From Hyphochytrium catenoides (Eukaryota; Protista; Hyphochytriomycota), in the NCBI GenBank assembly GCA_900088475.1, contig FLMG01000355.1:62001-126000 (forward strand): a stretch of 64,000 nt of DNA. Direction: 5' to 3'. Below, piece by piece: positions 13,193 through 25,100 of the stretch. How positions within the stretch are numbered: the stretch's first letter is position 1; each line of letters starts with the position of its first letter. A program made the position numbers and the translations under genes. The notes under the pieces were generated by a model. The model had not been told where the DNA came from, made no database searches, and worked only from the letters and a program-made list of their open reading frames with translations.

Positions 13193-16100
13193 ATGCTCCA
13201 ATTGAGCATTCTCGATATGTGGCTGCGAAAGTTGCGGATCTGTTTGTTCTGGCTATACCTGACTATCCTTGAGCAGCCATGGGTGGTCGAAGGACTAAGA
13301 GCCGGAGAATCCAAGCTGCCAACCTACTTCCTGGCTAACAATTCCCCGACATGTATTATAGAGCAGCGAGATGCTGGCGTCTCCGTGGCAATCTTCCAAA
13401 TGGCAGATGAGGAAAAGAGTTTGCATCTGGCGAACACAATCTCGCTGCATTGCGCACCTTTCGGCCCTTGTGACTTTCCATCTGATACAAGTGCTGCTCT
13501 GGCGTCGTCAATAGTTGAGCATACAACATTTTTCTCAGTGGTATCACTCACGAACTGGACGTGGGAGGCCGAAGCAGTTGCTTTTGAGCTAGAAAACGTT
13601 CTGCTGAATGCTTCCGTATGTGAAGGACAGGTACTGTCAGGATTGTCAGTTGGGTCCTTACAGAACAACACTTTGGAGGAGCTGTGGTCGAACATCTCTA
13701 CATATGAGCTGAGTCGCCCGGGATGCAAGAGCCTCACACCAGTCTTTGTACTAATTCGTGGCCACGGCTCCTCCTGCCCGTCGCAGATACATTTATGGGA
13801 CGGCCCAGAGTTGCATACCTATCTTGTGGCAAATAGAGCCTGGAATTGCTTAAATTCAGTGGAGCAGCAAGTCAGTTTATTTACCTTTCAACTGCAGGAC
13901 CCCGAAGAGAAATTTCCAACAAATCTGAGCCTCTTCTGCCCTATTGGTGATTGTTCCGGATCCAACTTGAGCCCTTATTACTTCACCGAAAACATTACCC
14001 AGTTGCTAGAAGGCATATCGAACCGGGTTACATTTGTTGGCCACCTGCCAGGTGACTCACATTGGCGGCAATATGTGGAGAATTCTACATTGTCTCGTTC
14101 GACAATAATGGCACTTCATCATACGGCATACTGCAGAGAGTCCAGTGGGTCGCCACCCAACCTCACGGCAAACTTTCTCCATTTGAATGGGAGCTTGGAG
14201 GCGTTGTGGACAGCAATCAGTGCAGCTGATTTACAGTTACAGCACGATAGCCTGTACAGCGGCTGTTCAAGTTTGACACGCCCATTCTATATGGTCGTTC
14301 ACGCGGACTCCTCTGCTAGTTGTTCCGAGGAGAGTCAGTTCCCGTCTATTCCCAGTTCGTGGACTGCTGGAACCCTTACGAATAATGTGTCCTATGTTCC
14401 AGCAACCTACGTGCTCACAATAGGGGACTCTACGTGCATGAAAGCTCAACCCAACACCAGCGCAACCATTTCTGTAGTCCAACTAGCTGGCGACGACATC
14501 TTATATCCCCTCCTGGCAGCTTACTGCTCATCAGAGGGGCGATGTAACAGCACAGATGAGACACCTTTCCTAAATACTGTTATTTCTGTCATGCAGGAAA
14601 CAACTTTCATTGACAAGTTGCCACAAGATCAAGATAAGGATTGGTGGGCTTACGTTGAGGACAAAGGAAGTCTAGAGTCTGGCATCCTTGCATTGCTCCA
14701 ACGGTCAAGCTGTACTCCAAATGGATTTTTTTCTACGATACCACCCAACTATAATGCTTCTAGCTTTTACGACTTATGGAATGCTGTTGGTACAGCTCCT
14801 CCAAGAGGTTGTCCCTCCTCCAGTGGTCTATTTTATGTCATCGTTCGCTTCGGCACTGACTCTACAGTATTTTGCGGTCGCGACCTTCATCATCGCGTGC
14901 CGGTGCTTAAGGGCAGCCCGTCAATGCACCTTGCAGCACCTGTTTTGCTAGCGTCGACATTGGTGCTCGCTGCGGAAGGTGAATGGATTGACGTCGAGTT
15001 CAGTCAGGCCATTTGGGCCATAAATAACATCACGCTCTCATGTGATACTCTCTTTGAAGATGACACCCTCCTTAAAATGGGGCTCGGGTCCATCTGCTTT
15101 GCAATTAGTGACCGCTTTCTACGAGTCCGGCTGGAGTCAACAAGCAGGCTTCTATTAGCCGATACTGCTGTTGGTTATTTGAAACCCAATATTTTGACGT
15201 TTCGGGCAGGTGTCGTCAGATCCCATCAAACTGGACAAAGTGCCATTGGATCGGTCTTTTTGAACGTATATTCCAAATGGAGCTCTCGCATCAAAGTTAA
15301 GGCACCGACCCCCGAAGGCCAAGGAATACTTATAACAGTTTCAGCTACTGATCCCCCTATGGTCCCATACCCGTTGGCAGACTTTGGCGCTCTGGATGGC
15401 GCTAAAGTACTAGAAGGGTCAGAACTTCGGGCTACCGCATTTCTAGATGGACCTCGAATTATGTCTGCAACGAACTCAATTGGCTCTAATGATTCAGTTA
15501 ATGTATACCTATCTCTTGGAGAGCCACTACCCGGATCTCGCCTCTCAGCAGGCTTCTGTTCGAGCGACTCAAGCTGTGGTGACCTCGATTCGGTGCAGCG
15601 GTATCCCTACTATTCTTATGGAACAGCGTCTCCTGATATTGCGTCAGTGCGACTGAGTCTTCGAGCCGCGCGTGACAACATCATTAACAATCCAAGCGTT
15701 TCGTTAGTGGCCTTTCCCCTTATCGTCAGGGTAGTGCTTATCAAAGGTAGTGACACCCAGATTGTCAAACAGAGCCGAAGCTTGGTCAGAGTCCGCCTGG
15801 AAGACACGGACGCTCGGAGACTGGAGATCACACTGCGGCATCAGACCGTAAGGTTGGTCCATGTGTAAAGATCTGTGTTTTTACATCCTTCGGCAGTGGC
15901 TAAACCCCTCCTTCTACAGCAAGTCCTATTTTGAAGTCAAGATAACAGGAGAGAGTGTGTTCGAGGGGCCTTGGTCTCTGAGCTTGTGGAACAGTAGCAC
16001 CAGGACGCCATTGTCAAACATATCTGGACTAACGGACAGTAACCAGGTCATTCTATCTAAGGATTCTTCAGCCCTGGTGCAACTACAGAATGTCAACGAT

Positions 16101-19100
16101 GATAGAATTTGGCCTAGGTTAACCATGGGCCTGGGACAGGAAGCTATCGAAGTACCTCTCTGTTCTTTGGCTGTAGATAGCGATTACGATGACTCTGTTT
16201 TGCTCAGCAATCCACAGCACTCAGCTGACGGGTCTTCAATATTTGACTGTGAGGATGACGTGGCAGCCCTTTGCTCCATTGGCTGGTGCCGGTAAGTCTG
16301 TTCCTAAGCCTTACATATATGAAAAGACGTCTTCTCTTAACATCCGCCGTTCCCAACTCCAGCCATGACGCGGCGTCAAACTATCTTGACCTAGAAAACA
16401 TCTCTATGCATTGCAAAGGATATATCCAAGATTATTGCCGCACAACCAGCTGGGGCAACGATGGGGGTCACCCCAATCTCTGTAACTCTCCTTCGCTTTG
16501 GCAATCGTTCTTAGGGATGAACGACAGTGATACAGGTTGCATGCCAGATGTCATGTCTGATGCCAGAAGCAAAACCCAGACGGATCGGCCGGTATCCATT
16601 TTGAGTACATCACTAAATGAGGGTGGGATTCAAGCTGCGGAAAGTATCCACCTGGTTTATCTTATCGTCTCTCAGGCTCCACTGAATAGGACAGAGTTCC
16701 ATTTCCGCACCAGAAATGGGCTGGCCGTAGCACAACCGCCGAGTATTATTTTTACACCCGCGAATTGGACACAAACTGGAGTACTTCTGGTGACCCTACA
16801 TGGGGGCGCTTCTTCACCGGTGGCATGGGACGCAATATACCTTGAAGGGCCCAACGGGGCGCAGGCATCGAATGACATTAGCGTGCGTGTCCAGTCGTGG
16901 CTGCCTAATGGTTCAGCAGCACTGTTGGATTCCGTAAGGAGAGTGAGAGAAACTTGGAGCCAGATGGTACGGTCTATCCGGGTCATCTCCAGTAACGAGG
17001 TCCTTTTGCATAAGGTACAACTGATCATAAACCATGCCCCTCACATGGCTGATGACGCCCTGCAAGTGCTACAAACGGTAGGGAATAGTACAGCGGAGGC
17101 GCCAATAGCGAACGTGACCGTAGCTTTACATAGACTAGCCCTTCCCTGGCACCCGACAACAACTTCCTTGGAGATCTCAACTATCTACTGCCCAGAATGG
17201 CTGATTTGTTCTCCAGCAGTCGACGACAGCTTGATTGAGAGGGACCGCTTATTGAGTTGGTGGATGGGTAGCAACCAAGAGACGGCGGCGGCCCTTCATG
17301 ATAACTTACTTGATGGTATTTGGAACACAACGATAGGACGCATGGAGGTGCTTGGGTCGACGGGTGTCTTGCTGGTCCCCGCCACAAACAACTGCTCGGA
17401 TTGTTCTACCCCACTAGTCTTCAACCATTTGATGTATCAACATGGTGGAGAAGTACGAGGATATTGGAGGAAGATATCGCTTCTTGATGGCTTTCCCCTG
17501 CCTTTAAATATAAGCCTGCTCGAGAAAACTCTGACCATTTCGGGGGAGCTAGTGGGGTTAATGACCCCACAAGGGAACAACACCTACTTTACAGGCACTC
17601 GCTTGTGCTCAACCCAAGATGCGGCGAACAAGGTTCAAAAAATTACCGGGTTCTCCTGTCAATGGACAGCTCTCAATCACTTCAGTACACCTGCCTTCCC
17701 CTCAAAAGATGTCAGCCAGCTTAACTCACTCCTTCCTGTTCCTGGAGGACGCTGGCTGGAAGGAGTTTGGCTCTTCCAGAACTTTGGAAGGCTTGAAGTC
17801 CTGGGCTCAAGGGCTACCTTGTCCCCTATATGGAACTTGACTGTGGATAGCTTGATCTATACTTCGACGTCACAAGCCGTTCTGTACGTAAACGAAAACA
17901 TCCTCACTCCTTCTGGCCAGCTCCTTCACACCTGGTTACTCATTGTCTCTTTCAAGAGAGAAGGAGTCATCTACGCTCAGCTCACAAAAAGCACGGAACA
18001 GCTGCAGGAAAGTAGATTTGCGGCTTATGACGGCACTACCAGCTGGGGTTATCTATGTCCATCATGTACCTATACAAGTCTATGGACTGAGCTCCAGAAA
18101 ACCAGCGAATATTTTGCTGGGCAGTGCAGATTCGAACGGCATCAGGATGACATCTGTCAGAGCCCTTACCGAGGATTTGGCCACCAAGTGGACCCCAATG
18201 CGTTTCGTGGTAGGCAGAGGGAGAGCGTGATCGAGGAGCGCAATCCAAACTTTATACCCCTCTTTTGGCCGGACGTAGTTGAAGACTTAAGACGTCCAGA
18301 TACATTCCTGTTGCGTATGGTCAATATGCTGTTGCAACTAAGCCACCCTTTGCTGAAGCTGCTCATCGCCGTCCAGACAGTAGGGGATCATCTTGGTGGT
18401 TGTCCATTTGGACAATATCATCCACTAACTCCTTGCAGATATATTGCCTGTGGGACAGCAGATGGCCATGGCGACTGTTTACTAGAAATCCTGCACTACT
18501 GCATGTGGCTAGAACCGGAGGACCTTGGCTGTGTAAACGTAATGGCTGAGGTGACTGGCAACGTGGGGTCCACTGCTCAGAAGCTCTTTCTACCGCTTCT
18601 GGACTCTGTGAATCTGCCACCGAGTAGCTGCTCAATAGTGCAATCTTTTGGCATCCAGGGTTGTCATCAGAATCAGTCACTAGTAAATGGAAGTGATAGC
18701 TGCTGGATCGACTATTCAAAGAATACTACTAACGATAGTTGCTACGACGACCAGTGCCTTGACGGCGCGTGCCACATGAGTGGACCCCAAGGCAACGGTA
18801 ACACAAGCGGTGGAGGGAGTCAGCCCACTGATCCGCTATCCATGCTTATCACTAGTCTCGCGGGCCTTAAGCTTCCTTCTGGCCAAGGGTACGTCGAGAT
18901 TCCAGCGGTTGGATTGAGTCTGGATGCGATAAGATCGAATAGTACGCAACCCATTGTCCTCTCCATTCATTCCAATGACACTGAAAACCTTCCTGCTGCC
19001 TTTCTGGTGTGTAACGGAACGTCTATAGAGGCACTCAGCCTATCGGTAGAATCCACTTGCATTCATAGTCAGTCAGTCTTGCTGGACTCAGAGGGGGTTA

Positions 19101-22100
19101 ACACCGTAGTTCGGTTCATGGTGAACACTGGGATATCCTACTCATCCGAAGACTCAGCTACAATATTCACTGGCTTCTGGATCACCGCAAAGGTATACAT
19201 TTCTAACCAACCAAAGGTGACTTGGTTCAATGTCCAGCTTCGGCTTTTCCCAATGCCTAACACAATGGGCACGTTCACCGTTCATTACTTAACGCCTTGG
19301 TAAGCATGTCTCCAACTTCATTTAGCTTGAGGACCTACCCTCACTGCCGTCCCTGTTAAACCTATTAACCCCCTAGGCAAACTGTCATGAGATTATATGC
19401 GGTTGGTACCGAGGACCTTCAAGTGTCTTTAGTCTCAACAAGACCACTAAAGATCAGATCAGTATTTGATGAGACACCTAGGACTAACACGCTTAACCTG
19501 AAGGCAAAACCTTTCGTGGACCGAATCCCTCTTGCTCTTCATGTGCAAGCTCTTCCAATGAACTTCACCTTGCTTCCATCTGCGATAAGGCTAGCATCAG
19601 GCGACTCTTCGGCAACAAACCTTACCAGCAAAATTTGGCAGTGTAGCCTTGCAGACGTTGCCCAGGCCCAGCAATCTGCCTTAAACTTGTCTGAACTTTT
19701 CAATCATGAGGAAGCGTACTATGCCATGAGCCAAGGGCTGGATTGTCCGTTTACAAATGAGACTGACAGTATGAATCCTTGTACCTCCCCAGTTTGCAGG
19801 TGAGCGCAAATTTAATCGTTCTTCAGTATTGTTATACCTTACTCCGATTCTAGGATTGAACCCCAATCCCCTACCAGACAACTGGATATGTGTGCAGAAT
19901 ATGTCCGCGACTACTGCTCGTACTACAAGCCAATGGATGATAACCTTGTCAGTGCCTCTGCCGGCTGTAACGTCCAATGGATCGTGGATTGGACTATGTG
20001 GCGGTCGGTCGCACGCGTACATAGATTCCCTTGCAACCCAGTCATATCTCTGGGGGAAGGAGTTCAACAAATGAATGTCGCTAACTTAGCTTCAGGACTC
20101 TTTCTTTGGCCACTGAACTTCTGGGATGGGGGCAGAGTGCCTATTGTGGAAGAAGCCAGACTTCTCGTAGGATGTAGTTCTTGCAGTCGGATAGGCTCCT
20201 TCCACTTGTCTTACCAAAGCAACAGCAATCTCGCATTCAACCTCACCCCGACCTCCACTAACACCACATCTGCAGACTGGACCTTACCTTTAAGGCTTTC
20301 TTTCAAGCCGACGATTTGGCAACAAAAAGGTTCTATCCTGATTGACCACATAAACCTAGGCTTGACTCAAGGCAAGGATGGGACATCTTGGACCAACGGA
20401 CTCACAACCAGGTTTATACGAACATCTGGCATACGGCTCGAAACGTTGTCGGACGGTCAGCTCTTTCAAACGGGCATAGATGCGTCTATTTCAAACATTA
20501 CATTTTTGGAGACTACATCTATCACACTTCGAATTAGTCTTCTTGGGACACCTCTGAGCAACGTCATCATCAGCATGACAACACTTGGGGGTCCGATTGG
20601 TCCGTTTCTATCACTCGATCGCCCTCAGGTGACTTTTCTCCCTAATATCGCAAATCAAAGCCAGCATGTGGTAATGACAGCAGGTCGGGACTACATCCCT
20701 ACAGATAGAAACGCCACCATATCCCTGCTATCTTCAAGTGATGACCCTCTCTTTAGAATCAGGCCCTGTATGACAGGACAAGCTTCTAGTAACCTTACAC
20801 GCGTATTAGAGGACCCTTGGATGATGGGAAGCTGGGAGCCAGCTGATAACATGACAGAAGGTACAATGATCGCGAACATTAGCGGGGAACGAGGATACAT
20901 GCAAGTATTTACTGGTAGCGTGAGCCTACCTACCGAGATTTGGTTGGGATCCATCTGGTACTTGAGCAACAGCCTAGCGACCGGCCAGTGGTACAATTTA
21001 ACAAGCGGTTTGCAGAGGGGAAACTTTGAAGCACGTTCTATCGGGACAGACAAAATAACCCTGACCTTGAGCTTAGGGGACATCTCTAACTATAGCAGCT
21101 GGACGGTGCTTCGATGTAATACCAACTGCAGAAGGGTGCTCGTTCCTCCCACAGGCACTTCGCAGACCTGGTGGGAAGGAAAATGGACCAATGACACTTC
21201 AGGCTCCCTTCTCGAAATTGCAAACGGGTACGGTCTTCTGGAGCCTGGCACTATCCTTAACCAATTCAAAGCACTTGCGCCAGATGCAGTGGATGGGCGC
21301 TGGTTTGATGTGAACTCCGATAACCATGGATTCTTCTCACTCCAGAGGAAGATGCTTGCGAGAGAAGACTCCAACCTCACTATGTATCTCCACGGCATCT
21401 TTCACAATGTCCTCAGCAATGAAAAGCGATTTACAACGTTCACGCAATGGTGTTCTGCCAACGTCTCCTCGTGCATGGAAGTGCAATCACCACCTAGATC
21501 TTCATCATCCCTGTTTAACTGGCTTGGTATCAGACCAAACGAATCAGGTGACCGTAGAGGTGCATGGTATGATGCAGTTTTAAAGGTATCGAACTTTGAA
21601 GGGCAATGTCCCTTTGAGTGGACGAGTCCAATCAGTCCTTGCAACGTCCGAGCATGTCAGGGGTCGGAGTCTACAGAGGCTTGTCTGGACTACATTTGGG
21701 ACTACTGCACTTGGGATCCTGCTAATGCCGTGTGCCTAAATATCGTCACCGCCCTCCACCACCAGAAGGGTTTCGAGTTCATGGAAAGACTCAAAGAGAA
21801 GCCTTGCTCCCCGACCACTCAGGTGATCATCAAGAATGTTGATGTCCCTTCCCTGCTCCTCTCTCGGCGAAGCATTATACTCTCGGATAACAGCTCTAGT
21901 GGCCAGCCTGATGCTTCCATAGCTGTCTCGCTTAGCACATTACCAACTAGGTTAGTCAGGATCAAACTTAGCTCTGGAGCGATAGATGTCATTGCCAATG
22001 TGAGCATCCTGAACTTTACAGAAGCAAATTGGTACCTTCCACAGGTCTTTCGGCTGTCTTTAGACCTGTCGGACACCATGACTGGAAGCGGATTGTCAAG

Positions 22101-25100
22101 CACTACGCTGCAAGTTTTAACGGATGATAGTTCCTATGCCCGCCTCCCAAATACAACTATCGAAGGTAGGTTACGTGATTCTAGTCGCACAAAGATTTGA
22201 GCTTGACTGATTCTTGACAGTTCTGACAAGACGAATAGTGAAAGATGCTCCCCAAATGCTTTCTGCTGTCCAGATGGACAATGCCGACGTCATTTTGATA
22301 AGCTTCGATCAGCCAGTGACCACAGATCGACTTGAGTGCACACCACAAGGTGTTTTTGACTCCCAGACATTGCTAAAGCTGGGGAGTAATCCAACTTGTT
22401 CATGGGTAAACTCAACGCTCTTAAATGTCACTCTCAGCGCAGGAGTAGAAGAGCAATCAACCACGCTGAATGGTGGGGAAGTGATAGCGGTAATTCCCGG
22501 GACCATAAAATCAATTCGTACTGGCCTTGCAGTGTCGGGTGCGGTAATTTTAACTGGCCGAACTGCGCCACCGACACTTGTCGGCGCCACTTTTGCTGAT
22601 TCAGGAGCATCTTTGAGCGTTCTATTCAGTGGAGTCACGGACGGAAGAATCGCCGGCAGGACCGGTGTGGTAGATTGTGCGCTGGCTTTCAGTGATCAAA
22701 CGCTTTCTTACCTTGGTACGGGGTGCACATGCTTCTGGGAGAGTTCATCCAGTTTGGGTGTTCGACTGGGCCGCAGTGCTACTATCCTGCCCGGAACGAT
22801 GGACTTGCTTTCTTCCAGCGGTGATCCCAGCTGCCGTTCGGGGAGTTCACTTAGTCTCCGCGCTGCAGCCATCAAACCGGTGCCGTCTAGTGTCGTCTCA
22901 GCTTCTGGATGTCTTCCCATCGGCCCACCGAAAAATCCTCCAGTCGTTCAGGTAGTGCTAACTGGGCCGACAACATTGGGTTTATGCGAGGACTTGCGCT
23001 TAGATGCCTCCCTTTCGAGAGGTGGCGGCGGTAGGACCATGCTTTTTACATGGAGCGCCTCCTCCCCTGACGAGGTAAGGCAAAGCCTTGGCAGTCTTCA
23101 CCTCCGCTCCCAAGGTGCTAATTGCTCTTACTGCAGGCCATCAGTAGTACTCTAGAAGAGCTATTAGCCAACTCCTCCTCTTCCAAATTGTTGGTTCCTG
23201 CCGCATTTCTCAACGGGGGGTCGAGGTACGACATCGTAGTGCAAGCCACTAACTTCCTTGGGTCCCAGACAACGGGTACCCTATCAATCAGAAAGTCCGA
23301 CATGAGCATTCCGAGCGTGAAGATTGCCGGCGACGCTGCAAGGTGAAACATAAGCCACTTCTTTCAATCCAAACGCTAGAAAGATTATGAACATGGTGCC
23401 TCACATCATACAGATCGCTTAAAAGAGATGAAGAGTCAATTATTAGGGTTGAGGCCACCATTTCCAGCTGTTCAAATGCTTCGTCTACATCCGAAGGCAC
23501 TGCAGCTTTGAACTTCAGATGGTTTCAAAACCCGGCCGATGAAGATCAAGTGTCGCTCAGCAAGTTTCTCATGAGGGATCCCCGAGCTATAAGAGTGCCA
23601 CCGAACACCCTGACAACCGGGAAAAGCTACACTTTCAGATGTCTGGTGCTCAACACAGGAAATAGCTCAATCAACAATACAGCGTCGGCCTCCGTTGCGA
23701 TAATCCCGAGCGACCTTGTGACCAGGTGGGGAGATCGAATGAGAGCTCGATGCTGACTTCTAACGTTTTCCTGGTCATAGGATAAACGGAGGTGACAGAA
23801 CCGCGGGCACTGACGATGTTATTACCATTGATGGCAAGCCGTCTTATGACCCTGATGGAGCTCCGGGATTGGCCTCATTTAATTGGAGCTGCTTATCTCG
23901 ACTGCCTTCGGATCCAGAGTTGAGACCATGCGTATCATATAGGGACAACGCAGTGATTGACCTCAACAGCCTTGTCGGCACTCCTTCCAGGGACACCGTC
24001 GTCATTCCTGCTGCGACATTCTTACCCAAGACTGTGGTCATGGTGATGCTCAATTATAGTAAAGTTTCTACTAACGAACTGATAGGTAGCCGATGGAAGG
24101 GAGCCTTCACTACGTTAACAATGTTGGCGGGTGCACCCCCGGCTGTTTCTGTTTGGAGTGTTATGACTTCTCGAAAAGCTGATCCTGGAAGAAGGCTTGT
24201 CCTAAATAGCTCTGTGATTTCTAGGACTAACGACATCGCCCTCCTTTGGTCGATTGTAAGTACTTCCTACCTCTAATCTTTCCCCATCAGATCTCACTTA
24301 GAAAGTCCTACAGGATGAAATCGCGGCTATTGGCGGCAACGTATCCTCTCTTTGTTCGACAGGATTGACTGGGGGGGTTCTAGTGGTGAGATCTGGCGCA
24401 CTTGTCCCAGGGTCAACCTACACTTTTTCGCTTCAGGCCAGCAGCAGAAACGGTATTGGAAGCGGCCAGATTTCCATAATTGTCAACGCTCCGCCTACAA
24501 GCGGGTTCATCACAGTCGTACCTGTGGAGGGCTTCGTCCTCCAGACGACATTTTCAATCACAGTTTCTAGCACCTGGGCGGATGACCCTCTAGATTTTCC
24601 CCTGAGTTACTGGTACAAGTATATTCCAGGGAATGCCTCAGGTCTATCAGAGGAGATTGCCATAGCACAGGAGGCGGCTCTAATTTCATCTTATCGAGAC
24701 GTACCTACTTTCTCCACCATGTTGCCCCAGGGACGCGGTACAGCGTTTGTCAATACGGTAGTGGTGTACATTTCCGACGTGCTTGGTGCATCTACCAGAT
24801 GTACAACCTTTGAGGACAGCACCGCTTCTCTTATTAGAGTCAGACCCTTCACCATAGAAGGGCCGGCCACTAACAACACCTCTGGTCCGAAGACGGCCTT
24901 CCTTTCCAATAGCACAACCAGTCTGCTTCAGCAATCGCAATCCACCGGGGCAGACTCCGTCCTTACCGTAGTAAGTATTCTTGGAGGCCTGTTGGCTGAT
25001 CCTTGTAAAGGGGTTGATTGCGGGAGACAAGGATCATGTTCAGAAGGCTCCTGTGTCTGCCTCAACAGCTTCACTGGCCCAACCTGCAAAATTCCTCCAC

